Shown in pieces: positions 18,483-26,813 of a stretch of 34,528 nucleotides of DNA. The first letter of the stretch is position 1. Each line of letters begins with the position of its first letter. Made by a program: the position numbers and the translations under genes. The notes under the pieces are model-generated. The model was not told the origin of the DNA. It worked only from the letters and a program-made list of their open reading frames with translations, and ran no database searches. The DNA lies in NCBI GenBank assembly GCA_044869275.1, contig JBIOXB010000190.1, forward strand, positions 1-34,528, read 5' to 3'. This stretch comes from a bacterium (lineage in GTDB: Bacteria; Zhuqueibacterota; Zhuqueibacteria; Zhuqueibacterales; Zhuqueibacteraceae).

Positions 18483-18483
18483 T

Positions 18484-21400
18484 ATGAATCCTCCGCGAAA
18501 AAATTATCTCGAATATCAAATCGTGCGCCTGCGATTGATCAATTTTCACAACTTTGTCAACGAGATCATCGACCTACGCCAGGGCGGTCATCTCTTTTTG
18601 GTGGGGCCCAACGGTTCCGGCAAAAGCACGGTCATCGATGCCGTGCACGTGGCGCTTTCGGGCGCGCAGGAGGTCGAACTCAATGCCGCGGCACGCCTCG
18701 GGGGTCGTAAAGACGAAGGCCGGACCCTGCAAGGTGTGGTATTACGTTACGATCGCGAACTCGGCGCGCTCAATGCCGGCGGCGGCATCAGCTATGCAGC
18801 ACTTGAGCTGGCCGCAGCACAAGGCGAGAAGCGCATCGCGCTCGGCATCGGCCTTGAGGCGACGACGATGGAGGCGCGACTGTCACGCTGGGGATTCATA
18901 GTGAAAGGCTGCGGCGTGGAAGAGCTGCCGTTGGTGATGGAGGAATTAGCGGGTCAGCGGCCGGCCACGCGCACGGAGCTGGAGGAGAAAATCGGCAAGG
19001 GCAATGTCTATGGTCAACTAAAGCCCTTTCGCAAAAAAATCGCCGAGGAGTTCTTTGCCTCTGAATCCCTCTATGAACAAGTGGTGCACTTGTGGGGCAC
19101 AGGCAAGGCCTACCGCGAGATTTGTGCGCGCGCCGGAGACTTTCAAACATTGTTCATGAGCCTGTTGCCCGAACCCGACCTCGAGATTTTTGCCGAGATC
19201 ATCCACAGCCTGAGCATTATTCAGGAATTCGCCGTCACGCTCGAGCAACTGTCGGAACAGCTTCGCTATCTCGAACGCCTGCAAACGCTGCAGGACACTG
19301 TGGCCAAGGCGCGGGAGGAAGAAACACGCTACGCTTGGTTGATTTCATACCGTGCAAGCCAGGCTGGCAAGGAGCGTCTATGCGAAATGGACAAGCAGGC
19401 GGAGCAACTCGCCGCAGAGACGCAGCAACTGGAAGCACACCTGCAGGCCGCGCAAGATGAGCTCGCACATGTCAAAACAATGCTCACCGGGCTGCGCCAC
19501 AAGGATGAGGCCAGACTCCTGGACCGCTTGCATGCCAAGAAGGAAGAGTCACAACGACGCCAGAAATCCCTTCAGCCCATACAAGAACAGGTCAGGACTT
19601 ACGAACAACGCCTGCAACGCGCCGAACACGAGTTGCGTGTGCGCCATTCTGAATTGCTGCTTGAGCTCGAACAAGCGCAACACGCGTTGTCACAAAACCT
19701 GCCGTTCTTGAAACCGGCACCGCGGCCGGTCACAGAATTTGTGAAAAATCTTGCGCTCACCACACCGGCCGATTTTCGCGAGCGCAGCCTGGGACCGGAG
19801 GCGAAAGCCGCAGCCCAAGCAGCTTCCGAGCAATTGGCAGAATTAACGCAGGAACAGATGCGCCTGCAACATGAGCTCGAGCGCCACGAGCAGCTCAGAC
19901 ACGAGATGCAGGATGGCATCGCGCGCTTGCAGCAGCAACGCGAATGGCTTCCGCAACTGCCGGACTACCACCAATGCTTGCAAAGCCTGGAAGCGGAGGG
20001 GTTGCAGCCGCTGCCGCTGTACAAATTACTGGAGTGGCGTGCGGATGATGCGGACCTGCGTGCGGCGGTTGAAGAGTTGCTGGGGCAACAACTGCTGGGA
20101 ACGCTGGTGCTCAACGGTGAAGCTGAAAGCATCAAAGCTGCCGTTTTACAAAGTTTTCCAGGGATTGCGATTGCCCAACCGCTCGAGGAGGAAGTAACCA
20201 GTCCGGAGTGGCTAACAGCGGCATTGGAGGATCGTTCCGGCGGAGCCGCGCTGCAAGTTATCGGCGCCGCACTGGCGGCTCGCGAGGGCCAGCAAGCTGA
20301 ATATGCCTCCCGATCACGACAACTCGCCTTGCGCGGCTTGCGTTGGAAAAGCGAGCTCAAGCCGGCACGCCTGATTGGTGAAGAGGCGCGACGTCGGGCT
20401 TTTGAGCAGGAGCTGGAGCAGCGGCAAGCCGAGCTGCGCGAGCAGGAGAACAAGATTGCCGAGGCGGAAAAGTTGAAAGAGCAAACGCTGGCATTGATAT
20501 CGCACTGGCGCAACTTTACCGGGCATTTGCGCAATTTCATGGAGGAAAGGCTGCCACAAGCATTTCGTGCACACGAAGCAGCCGAAACGCAATGCAAAAA
20601 CCTGCAAAGCTCCCACGCCGAATGGGCCAGCAACCTGGCCCAGGCCTGCGCAGACCTAGAACAACTCGAACAAGAAAGTCGACAACTTGAACAGCACGCC
20701 CGCGCCGGCGGCTTGGAGGAGCTGGCCAGAAGTATCGCGGCCTTGGAAAAACGTGAGCGCGAGTTTGAAGCGAGAGTGCGAGCTTCATCCGAGGAACGAG
20801 GGCGGTTGCGCCATGAAGTGACCCAGCTGCAGAACGAAGTCTCCTTCCAGAAAGAACAAGTGGCGCACCTCGAGCAGGATTTGCAAGACAAGACCGTGCA
20901 ATTGCGCCAATATGTTGCGGAGCCGGCTGCGCCGGATTTGGCCTATTACGTTTTGAACACCCGTGGGGGAGAGCGTTTCAAATCCGATGCCGCCATTCAA
21001 AGCCGCAGGCAAGAGGCGCATGACACGATCAACAACGCGATCACCCGGCTGCAAGGCTCGGGCGAGGAGGGCGTGCATTACCGCCAGTATGCCGGCGTTT
21101 TTGCTTTCAGCTATCTTCCCGAGGAGAATCAAATCATCGACCGGCAACATCAGCCACTGGCCGGCGTACATCGCCGTTTACATCAGGATCATGCCGAGCA
21201 GCAAGAGCTGCTCAACGAAAAGAACAAAGATTTGTTGGATCGCTTGATCATGCACAGTCTGTTGCGGCATCTCGTCGAGCAAGTCATGCTGCAAAGGCAT
21301 ATGATCAAAAATATCAACCGGCTGCTGCGCGAGATCGATTTTGGCGGCACGGTCTACGCGTTCGCCGTGCATGCCAAACCCGAGCACGCTGAAGTGGTGC

Positions 21401-22005
21401 GGATTTTGGAGAATTCTTCCCTGCTCAATGAAGAGGGACAGCAAGGCTTTCGCGCCTTCATCGAGGCACGGTTGGCGGATTTACGCAGCAGCGAGCCCGG
21501 CACGGTGCCCCCGCTGTTGGATTATCGCACTTGGTTCGATTACAAGCTCACATTTCGCGATACCAAAGACCAGGCGACGGAGCTGACGCGGCGCATGCGC
21601 AACCTCGGTTCCGGCGGCGAGCAAGCTGTGCCAAATTATCTGCTGGTGCTGGCCATGGCGCATCTCGTGTTTGAAAACAGCCGTGCGCGCTTGCGGCCGA
21701 TGCTGTTTGACGAGGCGTTCTACGGCATCGACGCCGGCCGCCGCAACCGCTTGCTGGAATTTGCCACGCGGCTTGGCATGCAATTGTTCGTCGCCTCGCC
21801 CGATCAGGACGGGCACACTGAAGCCGTGCACTACGCAACCACGGTGTTCGTACAAAAAGATGAAAGCCGCGACGTGCATCTCACCGCCTTGCACTCGCAT
21901 TTTGCGCCGGAAGAAAAACAAGAAACTTTGTTTGCTGCGTCGGCACCGCTGCGTGAAGCGATCGTTGTTGACAACGTAGAAGTGGTGGCACAAAATCGGA
22001 ATTGA
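18484..22005 (+). CDS. jetC: Wadjet JetC, SMC-family ATPase
   Basis: RLRLINFHNF, Walker A GPNGSGKST, long coiled coils, LDYRTWFDY, signature GSGGE, Walker B/D-loop LFDEAFYGID. Start at ATG 18484 (or 18472). Confidence 0.92.
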   Translation: MNPPRKNYLEYQIVRLRLINFHNFVNEIIDLRQGGHLFLVGPNGSGKSTVIDAVHVALSGAQEVELNAAARLGGRKDEGRTLQGVVLRYDRELGALNAGGGISYAALELAAAQGEKRIALGIGLEATTMEARLSRWGFIVKGCGVEELPLVMEELAGQRPATRTELEEKIGKGNVYGQLKPFRKKIAEEFFASESLYEQVVHLWGTGKAYREICARAGDFQTLFMSLLPEPDLEIFAEIIHSLSIIQEFAVTLEQLSEQLRYLERLQTLQDTVAKAREEETRYAWLISYRASQAGKERLCEMDKQAEQLAAETQQLEAHLQAAQDELAHVKTMLTGLRHKDEARLLDRLHAKKEESQRRQKSLQPIQEQVRTYEQRLQRAEHELRVRHSELLLELEQAQHALSQNLPFLKPAPRPVTEFVKNLALTTPADFRERSLGPEAKAAAQAASEQLAELTQEQMRLQHELERHEQLRHEMQDGIARLQQQREWLPQLPDYHQCLQSLEAEGLQPLPLYKLLEWRADDADLRAAVEELLGQQLLGTLVLNGEAESIKAAVLQSFPGIAIAQPLEEEVTSPEWLTAALEDRSGGAALQVIGAALAAREGQQAEYASRSRQLALRGLRWKSELKPARLIGEEARRRAFEQELEQRQAELREQENKIAEAEKLKEQTLALISHWRNFTGHLRNFMEERLPQAFRAHEAAETQCKNLQSSHAEWASNLAQACADLEQLEQESRQLEQHARAGGLEELARSIAALEKREREFEARVRASSEERGRLRHEVTQLQNEVSFQKEQVAHLEQDLQDKTVQLRQYVAEPAAPDLAYYVLNTRGGERFKSDAAIQSRRQEAHDTINNAITRLQGSGEEGVHYRQYAGVFAFSYLPEENQIIDRQHQPLAGVHRRLHQDHAEQQELLNEKNKDLLDRLIMHSLLRHLVEQVMLQRHMIKNINRLLREIDFGGTVYAFAVHAKPEHAEVVRILENSSLLNEEGQQGFRAFIEARLADLRSSEPGTVPPLLDYRTWFDYKLTFRDTKDQATELTRRMRNLGSGGEQAVPNYLLVLAMAHLVFENSRARLRPMLFDEAFYGIDAGRRNRLLEFATRLGMQLFVASPDQDGHTEAVHYATTVFVQKDESRDVHLTALHSHFAPEEKQETLFAASAPLREAIVVDNVEVVAQNRN

Positions 22006-22031
22006 CTAAATCGGCTAAAATGTTGTACCTT
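22002..22031 (+). promoter_or_regulatory. Putative internal sigma70 promoter for the Rpn-like gene
   Basis: TTGACT-18 nt-TACCTT; the -35 overlaps the jetC stop codon. Confidence 0.4.
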
Positions 22032-22038
22032 GAATCAA

Positions 22039-22929
22039 ATGGGGGAAAGAGCCGTGCAAGATATCGATCGCGTATTTAAAGCTTTATTAGGGCTGCAACC
22101 AAACAGCTTTTTGGATCTGCTCTTTGGCCACGAGCGCAAGATCGTGTTGAAAGAAGTCGCCGATCCGCAAATCAATTTACCGGAGCTACGTGGGGACAAG
22201 GTATTTGTGGTCGAAGAAAATGGCACGGCATTTAATATCATTCTCGAAGCAATGTTGCGTCCGGCGGTCGAAGAATTGCCCACATTTGAGCTGAAAGCGA
22301 GGGGAATGCAGTATCTCACCAAACGACCAACGATGGTTGTCATTGTATATCTCGAAAAAGGGCGATATGCTTCTTTCCCGGATAGCTTCGAAATTCGACA
22401 TGGTGCTTTTGCAAACCAAATCGAGCTTGCCAGAGTTTTGTTGTGGGAATATGAGTTGCGTATCACCAGCGGCGAGCTGAAAGAGTTGGCGCCGTTTCTT
22501 TCGCTGTTCAAAGATCAACCGGATCCTGATGTCATTGATACTCAGATTGCGCTGCTTCATCAGATCGCTGATACGAAAATCCAAAACGATCTCATATCCT
22601 TGGCCGCTGTAATTGATGTACGTGTGTTCGGTCTTTCAATTGTAATTGAGAAATTTAGAACGGAGGAAAGAATGCTCAAGGAATCTAGCATCGTGCAAGA
22701 GTGGGTGCATGAAGGAATGGTTGAAAGCAAACTTGCTTTGCTTCAGAGTATTCTTGCGAAAAAATTTGGGGATTTGACCCCGGATCTCGCAGACAAGTTG
22801 CATCAACTAGAGCTTACGGAATTGGATCGGCTCGGCCCGGCACTGTTGGATTTTCATAGCTTGGACGATTTGAAAACCTGGCTGAACAATGCTGCCTCCG
22901 GCAACGGGCAAAAGCAAATGGCGAATTGA
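22039..22929 (+). CDS. Rpn/YhgA-like PD-(D/E)XK-fold protein with a C-terminal DUF4351 domain
   Basis: DRVFKALL, LRGDKVF, IILEA, VVIVYL, LAPFLSL; C-terminal L.KKFGDL...L..L.LTELD.LG.ALLDF.SLDDLKTWL. Start is ATG 22039 or GTG 22054. Confidence 0.8.
   Translation: MGERAVQDIDRVFKALLGLQPNSFLDLLFGHERKIVLKEVADPQINLPELRGDKVFVVEENGTAFNIILEAMLRPAVEELPTFELKARGMQYLTKRPTMVVIVYLEKGRYASFPDSFEIRHGAFANQIELARVLLWEYELRITSGELKELAPFLSLFKDQPDPDVIDTQIALLHQIADTKIQNDLISLAAVIDVRVFGLSIVIEKFRTEERMLKESSIVQEWVHEGMVESKLALLQSILAKKFGDLTPDLADKLHQLELTELDRLGPALLDFHSLDDLKTWLNNAASGNGQKQMAN
22672..22929 (+). CDS. Putative internally initiated 85-aa small form (RpnS-like antitoxin; DUF4351 only)
   Basis: GGAGG at 22662-22666, 5 nt before the in-frame ATG at 22672 (MLKESSIVQEW...), right at the domain boundary. 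Confidence 0.6.
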   Translation: MLKESSIVQEWVHEGMVESKLALLQSILAKKFGDLTPDLADKLHQLELTELDRLGPALLDFHSLDDLKTWLNNAASGNGQKQMAN

Positions 22930-24238
22930 CGCCGACATACCCACTTTCAAAGAGCGCCTGGCCGAAATATTGCCCAAGAATTCGGCAATGGCCGCCTTTC
23001 TCAAGGACTTCTGCGCGCGCTCGTTTAAGACCGGCGAGCTTCCCAAGCGCAGCCGTTTCCGCCACGTTTCTCCAGAACTGAAAAGCGACCTGCACCTCAT
23101 CTTCGGCATGCGCGCGATTAAAGAGCAGCAAGATCATCTTGTTCTCGACCTCACGGCGGCCGGATGTGCGGACACCGAAGCGCGACGAAATCTGCTGCAC
23201 GCTCTGGTAGACGTGCTCGGCCTTCAGCCTCAAAACCGGCGCGAGCAGCGACGGCAAACGCATGCAACATTGCAGGAAAAATTGCGAACCTTCCTCCCTC
23301 TTCTTCGCTCTCCTCTCCCACAAAAGGTTCATCAACGTCTCACTGACGATCTCGCCGCACAGCACGGCTATCTTTGGCGCGAAGGCATCTTGAGAAAGCA
23401 GGCAACAACGGCGTTAAAAAATGCCTCCTCAATCCTGAGCGCGCTGGAGCTCGTTGCTGCGCGCGAGCGTTCTTGGAATTTTTCGGAGTTGGGCGCACGG
23501 GTTGTGGGTTCATCAAAGGGCTTTCGCCCCGGCAGCGAGCTCTATCGCCTGGCGGCAGATTGGACGCTGCCGTTTTTGGAGAATGCTGAAACTCTCTCGC
23601 AAATCGAGGACACCGCGATTCGCCGCGCACGGGTGTGGGAACAGCTTGGCGTGGAGCAGAGTGGCGCTGCGATCACGGCCATGATCGGAGGTCCGCTGGT
23701 CTATAAAAAGCGAGGCCGGACCTTCGCGGCGCTGCAACAATATTTCGAGATGGGCGAGCCGGCCACACTTTCGCTGGCGCAGTTGGCAGGCCTCGAGCAT
23801 ATTGCGCCCTTGTTCCATACGATTCTCACGGTCGAAAATTTGACCCCGTTCGTGCAAGCGGTGGAACAACCAGCGCTGTCGCATGCCCTGATCGTTTACA
23901 CCGAAGGCTTTCCCAACCGCGCCGTGTCGCAATTGCTGAGGCTGTGCCAACAGCACGTTGCGAATCTGAGTTTTCTGCATTGGGGTGATACCGACCTTGC
24001 CGGCGTGCGCATTCTCAGAAATATCGCGGATATTTTGGGCGAAGCGCCGGCGACTTTTCGTTGCGGTCCGGAAGAGATTGCGCGATTGCAGTCCCGCTTG
24101 ATTCCGCTCACGCCGGAAGCACACGATCACATCGTGCAAGATCTCCGCGATTATCCTGATGCGCCCGGCCATGAGATTTTGCAGGCGGTTTTGCAGTACG
24201 GCGGCTGGCTGGAGCAGGAAGCATGGGAGAAGCCGTGA
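22889..24238 (+). CDS. jetD: Wadjet JetD, Toprim nuclease (DUF2399/DUF2220-like)
   Basis: ILTVENLTPF, LIVYTEGFP, LHWGDTDLAGVRI (DxD), terminal LEQE. True start may be downstream (e.g. ATG 22988). Confidence 0.88.
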   Translation: MLPPATGKSKWRIDADIPTFKERLAEILPKNSAMAAFLKDFCARSFKTGELPKRSRFRHVSPELKSDLHLIFGMRAIKEQQDHLVLDLTAAGCADTEARRNLLHALVDVLGLQPQNRREQRRQTHATLQEKLRTFLPLLRSPLPQKVHQRLTDDLAAQHGYLWREGILRKQATTALKNASSILSALELVAARERSWNFSELGARVVGSSKGFRPGSELYRLAADWTLPFLENAETLSQIEDTAIRRARVWEQLGVEQSGAAITAMIGGPLVYKKRGRTFAALQQYFEMGEPATLSLAQLAGLEHIAPLFHTILTVENLTPFVQAVEQPALSHALIVYTEGFPNRAVSQLLRLCQQHVANLSFLHWGDTDLAGVRILRNIADILGEAPATFRCGPEEIARLQSRLIPLTPEAHDHIVQDLRDYPDAPGHEILQAVLQYGGWLEQEAWEKP

Positions 24239-24307
24239 AGCATCATGAGCATAATTTCAAATCCCCGATAACTCAACACAGACGAGCCGCAATTAGAAAA
24301 ACTTTTC

Positions 24308-24370
24308 CCAACGGATAGATGAAGCCCAACGGATAAATTTTCGATCCGTTGGGCTTCATCCATCCGCTGG
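24308..24370. repeat. Long hairpin downstream of jetD
   Basis: CCAACGGATAGATGAAGCCCAACGGAT-9 nt-ATCCGTTGGGCTTCATCCATCCGCTGG, 27-bp arms with 2 mismatches. Confidence 0.8.
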
Positions 24371-24423
24371 AGATTTTCGCTTTTTCAAAAAATTTCACTA
24401 GTAAGAATGTCATTCCCTCGAAT

Positions 24424-25203
24424 ATGGATACACTGGAAGGCAAGCAATGCGTCCTGCCGGCCTTGCAGGCCCGGCAAAGGAAGTTCAAACTCATCTTGAT
24501 CAAGCAGGGCAGCAACACGGCTCATGTTGAGGAAATTATCGCGGCAGCCGAAGCGCAATCAATTCCGATCAAATTTGTCGCGGCCGCCGAGCTCGAGGCC
24601 ATGACCAAGGGCCGGTCCCACGGCGGCGTGGCGGCGATTTGCAGCGCTAAGCCGGCGACGAATATGGCGGCAGTCCTCGAACGTGTACAACATGCAAATG
24701 AGCCGGCGTTGCTGGTGCTGATCGAAGGCACCGAAGACGCACAGAATCTGGGTTATACGCTGCGCACGGCCGAGGCCTTGGGCGTGCACGCCATGTTGCT
24801 TAAGAAGCACGTGTGGAATTTCGATGATGCCGTCCTTTCCCGCGCCTCTTCCGGCGCGTTTGAAAGGCTGGCGCTCGCCCAAGTTGAAAATCTCGAAAAA
24901 GAATTGCTGCCTTTCAAAAGAATGGGGATCAAATTTTGGGGATGCATTGGCGGCGCCAAGCGCGACATTTATCAAGCCGATCTGACGCACGCGGTTCTGC
25001 TCGCCATCGGCGGCGAGCGCCGCGGCTTGTCCGGCGCCATGCGCGAGCTCTGCGACGGTTTCGTTCGCATTCCCATGGTCGCCGGAGCGAGTTCCTTGTC
25101 TTTGAGCCAGGCGGCATGCATCGTCATGGCTGAGGCCATGCGACAGCGCCTCGTCGCGCAAAAACAAAGCCGGCCGCTCGATTCGCAATCAAATAGCGCT
25201 TGA
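24424..25203 (+). CDS. TrmH/SpoU-family RNA methyltransferase (RlmB-like)
   Basis: HGGVAA, DAQNLGYTLRTAEALG, IGGERRGLS, RIPM...SLSLSQAA; start placed at ATG 24424. Confidence 0.92.
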   Translation: MDTLEGKQCVLPALQARQRKFKLILIKQGSNTAHVEEIIAAAEAQSIPIKFVAAAELEAMTKGRSHGGVAAICSAKPATNMAAVLERVQHANEPALLVLIEGTEDAQNLGYTLRTAEALGVHAMLLKKHVWNFDDAVLSRASSGAFERLALAQVENLEKELLPFKRMGIKFWGCIGGAKRDIYQADLTHAVLLAIGGERRGLSGAMRELCDGFVRIPMVAGASSLSLSQAACIVMAEAMRQRLVAQKQSRPLDSQSNSA

Positions 25204-25228
25204 CAAGCCGTGGGGCTCATGCTATATT
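25200..25228 (+). promoter_or_regulatory. Near-consensus sigma70 promoter for the peptidase cluster
   Basis: TTGACA-17 nt-TATATT with TGC before the -10. Confidence 0.7.
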
Positions 25229-25398
25229 AAAAAAGTTTCAACGGTTGCTAAGCCCCGCTCCACGCTTTTCAGCGCTGCGACGATTCCTTTTCAGTTCTGC
25301 TCGCAACGCTGCGATCCTTGCTCCTTCGCTGTGCTTAAAAAACTCCTCCAGAATGACAAGCCGGACGGCGGTATCGGCCTCATGATTTCTGCGAACGC

Positions 25399-26610
25399 AT
25401 GGCAAACTCAAAGCGCATTTCCGCTTCCTCCCTTTCACGTCGAGATTTTCTCAAAACGCTGCCCGGAACGGCGTTCCTTCCATCGCTACTCTCAAAATCG
25501 GCATTCCCGGCTGCCCCTGAGCAAAAACGCGCGCGCTTGCGTGAGCTGGGCATCATCATCGGCGCGCTTCAGCCCGGCCGCTTCAACGCGATCACTGATG
25601 TTCCCGGCGTGAAAGTGGGGCATTGCACGCGCCTCGCAGGCGCAGGCGATTTGCGCGTCGGCGAGGGCCCGATCCGCACCGGTGTGACGGTGGTTTTTCC
25701 GAATGACGACATTTTCAATCGCAATGTCACGGCGGCGCGTTTTGTGTTGAACGGCAACGGCGAAATGACGGGCGTGGGAAAGGTCGAACAAACTGGCCTG
25801 CTCGAATCGCCGATCTTTCTCACCGATACTTCCAGCATCGGCCGCGTGATGAACGGGGCACTCACCTGGTTTCTGCAACGTTATCCCGAGATCGGCGATA
25901 CGGCCCACGTGCCCGTTCCCGTTGTGGCTGAAACCTGGGGAGCGTTTTTACACGATGCCGAAGGCCGCCATCTGCATGATGAACACGTGCTCGCTGCCAT
26001 TGCCGCGGCGCAATCCGGCCCGGTGCCAGAAGGCGTGGTGGGCGGCGGTGTGGGCATGGTGTGTTATGATTTCAAGGGCGGAATTGGCACCGCTTCGCGC
26101 GTGCTGCCGCAAACGCACGGCGGTTATGCGATCGGAGTACTGGTGCAAGCCAATTTCGGCAATCGCGAAGAATTGACGATCAATGGCGTGCCCGTGGGAA
26201 AGGAAATCTCCGACTTGCAGCCCATTGAAAATAAAACCAAGTCCAAGTCGATCATTTTGATCGGCGCGACCGATGCGCCGATGATGCCCTCGCAATTGCA
26301 GCGGCTATGCAAACACATGGCCCTCGGCCTCGCGCGCACCGGTGCGATGTCCTCGCATGGTTCCGGGGACTTGCTTCTCTTCTTCTCCACGGGAATTCAA
26401 ATTTCACGCGAGGCCCAGGTCGCGGACATCGAAGTCTTCAATGATGAATGGATTACGCGGGCGCATCATGCTGCCGTGGAAGCCGCGGAGGAAGCGGTTT
26501 TGAATGCCTTGTGCATGGCCGAAACGACTGTGGGGATCAATGGCAATACGGCTTTTGCCTTGCCGCTTGAGCGCTTGCCTCAGATCATGAAGAAATATGG
26601 GCGTTTGTGA
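25399..26610 (+). CDS. DmpA-like P1/S58 aminopeptidase with a Tat signal
   Basis: SRRDFLK twin-arginine motif; NAITDVPGVKVGH, NGNGEMTG, KGGIGTASR, VQANFG, SIILIGATDAP, HGSGD. Confidence 0.92.
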   Translation: MANSKRISASSLSRRDFLKTLPGTAFLPSLLSKSAFPAAPEQKRARLRELGIIIGALQPGRFNAITDVPGVKVGHCTRLAGAGDLRVGEGPIRTGVTVVFPNDDIFNRNVTAARFVLNGNGEMTGVGKVEQTGLLESPIFLTDTSSIGRVMNGALTWFLQRYPEIGDTAHVPVPVVAETWGAFLHDAEGRHLHDEHVLAAIAAAQSGPVPEGVVGGGVGMVCYDFKGGIGTASRVLPQTHGGYAIGVLVQANFGNREELTINGVPVGKEISDLQPIENKTKSKSIILIGATDAPMMPSQLQRLCKHMALGLARTGAMSSHGSGDLLLFFSTGIQISREAQVADIEVFNDEWITRAHHAAVEAAEEAVLNALCMAETTVGINGNTAFALPLERLPQIMKKYGRL

Positions 26611-26626
26611 AAGAGCGGGGTTCAAG

Positions 26627-26779
26627 TTCGAGGCTAGAAGATCGAGGATGGATGATCGTGGATGGATGATCGAGGATAGAAGATCGAGGATGGTGGATCG
26701 AAGATGGTGGATCGTAATTACCTGGGCCGAAACTAAGCAATCTTTTTTTTCGATCATCTATCCTCGATCCTCGATCCTC
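26627..26779. repeat. Heptamer repeat (ATCGAGG/ATGGATG vs TCCTCGA) with inverted arms
   Basis: About 12 period-7 units followed by a shorter complementary arm. Confidence 0.85.
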
Positions 26780-26813
26780 ACGCTTTGCCGCAATATCAAT
26801 CCATTGAAACGCC

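Noticed and set aside
18259..18483. 75-aa N-terminal extension of JetC in the ORF track
   Set aside because: Overlaps jetB out of frame; the SMC head begins just after ATG 18484
15998..22005. Housekeeping condensin (MukBEF/SMC-ScpAB) or SbcCD
   Set aside because: A downstream Toprim JetD and DUF2397/DUF2398-like partners fit Wadjet; no SbcD phosphoesterase
25229..25398. Riboswitch or ncRNA in the 170-nt leader
   Set aside because: No known aptamer motif; contains only a degenerate repeat arm (CTCCAGAATGAC)
26627..26779. CRISPR array (also considered for 7873-7963 and 17711-17804)
   Set aside because: Units are 7-bp tandem or inverted repeats with no regular unique spacers; no cas genes
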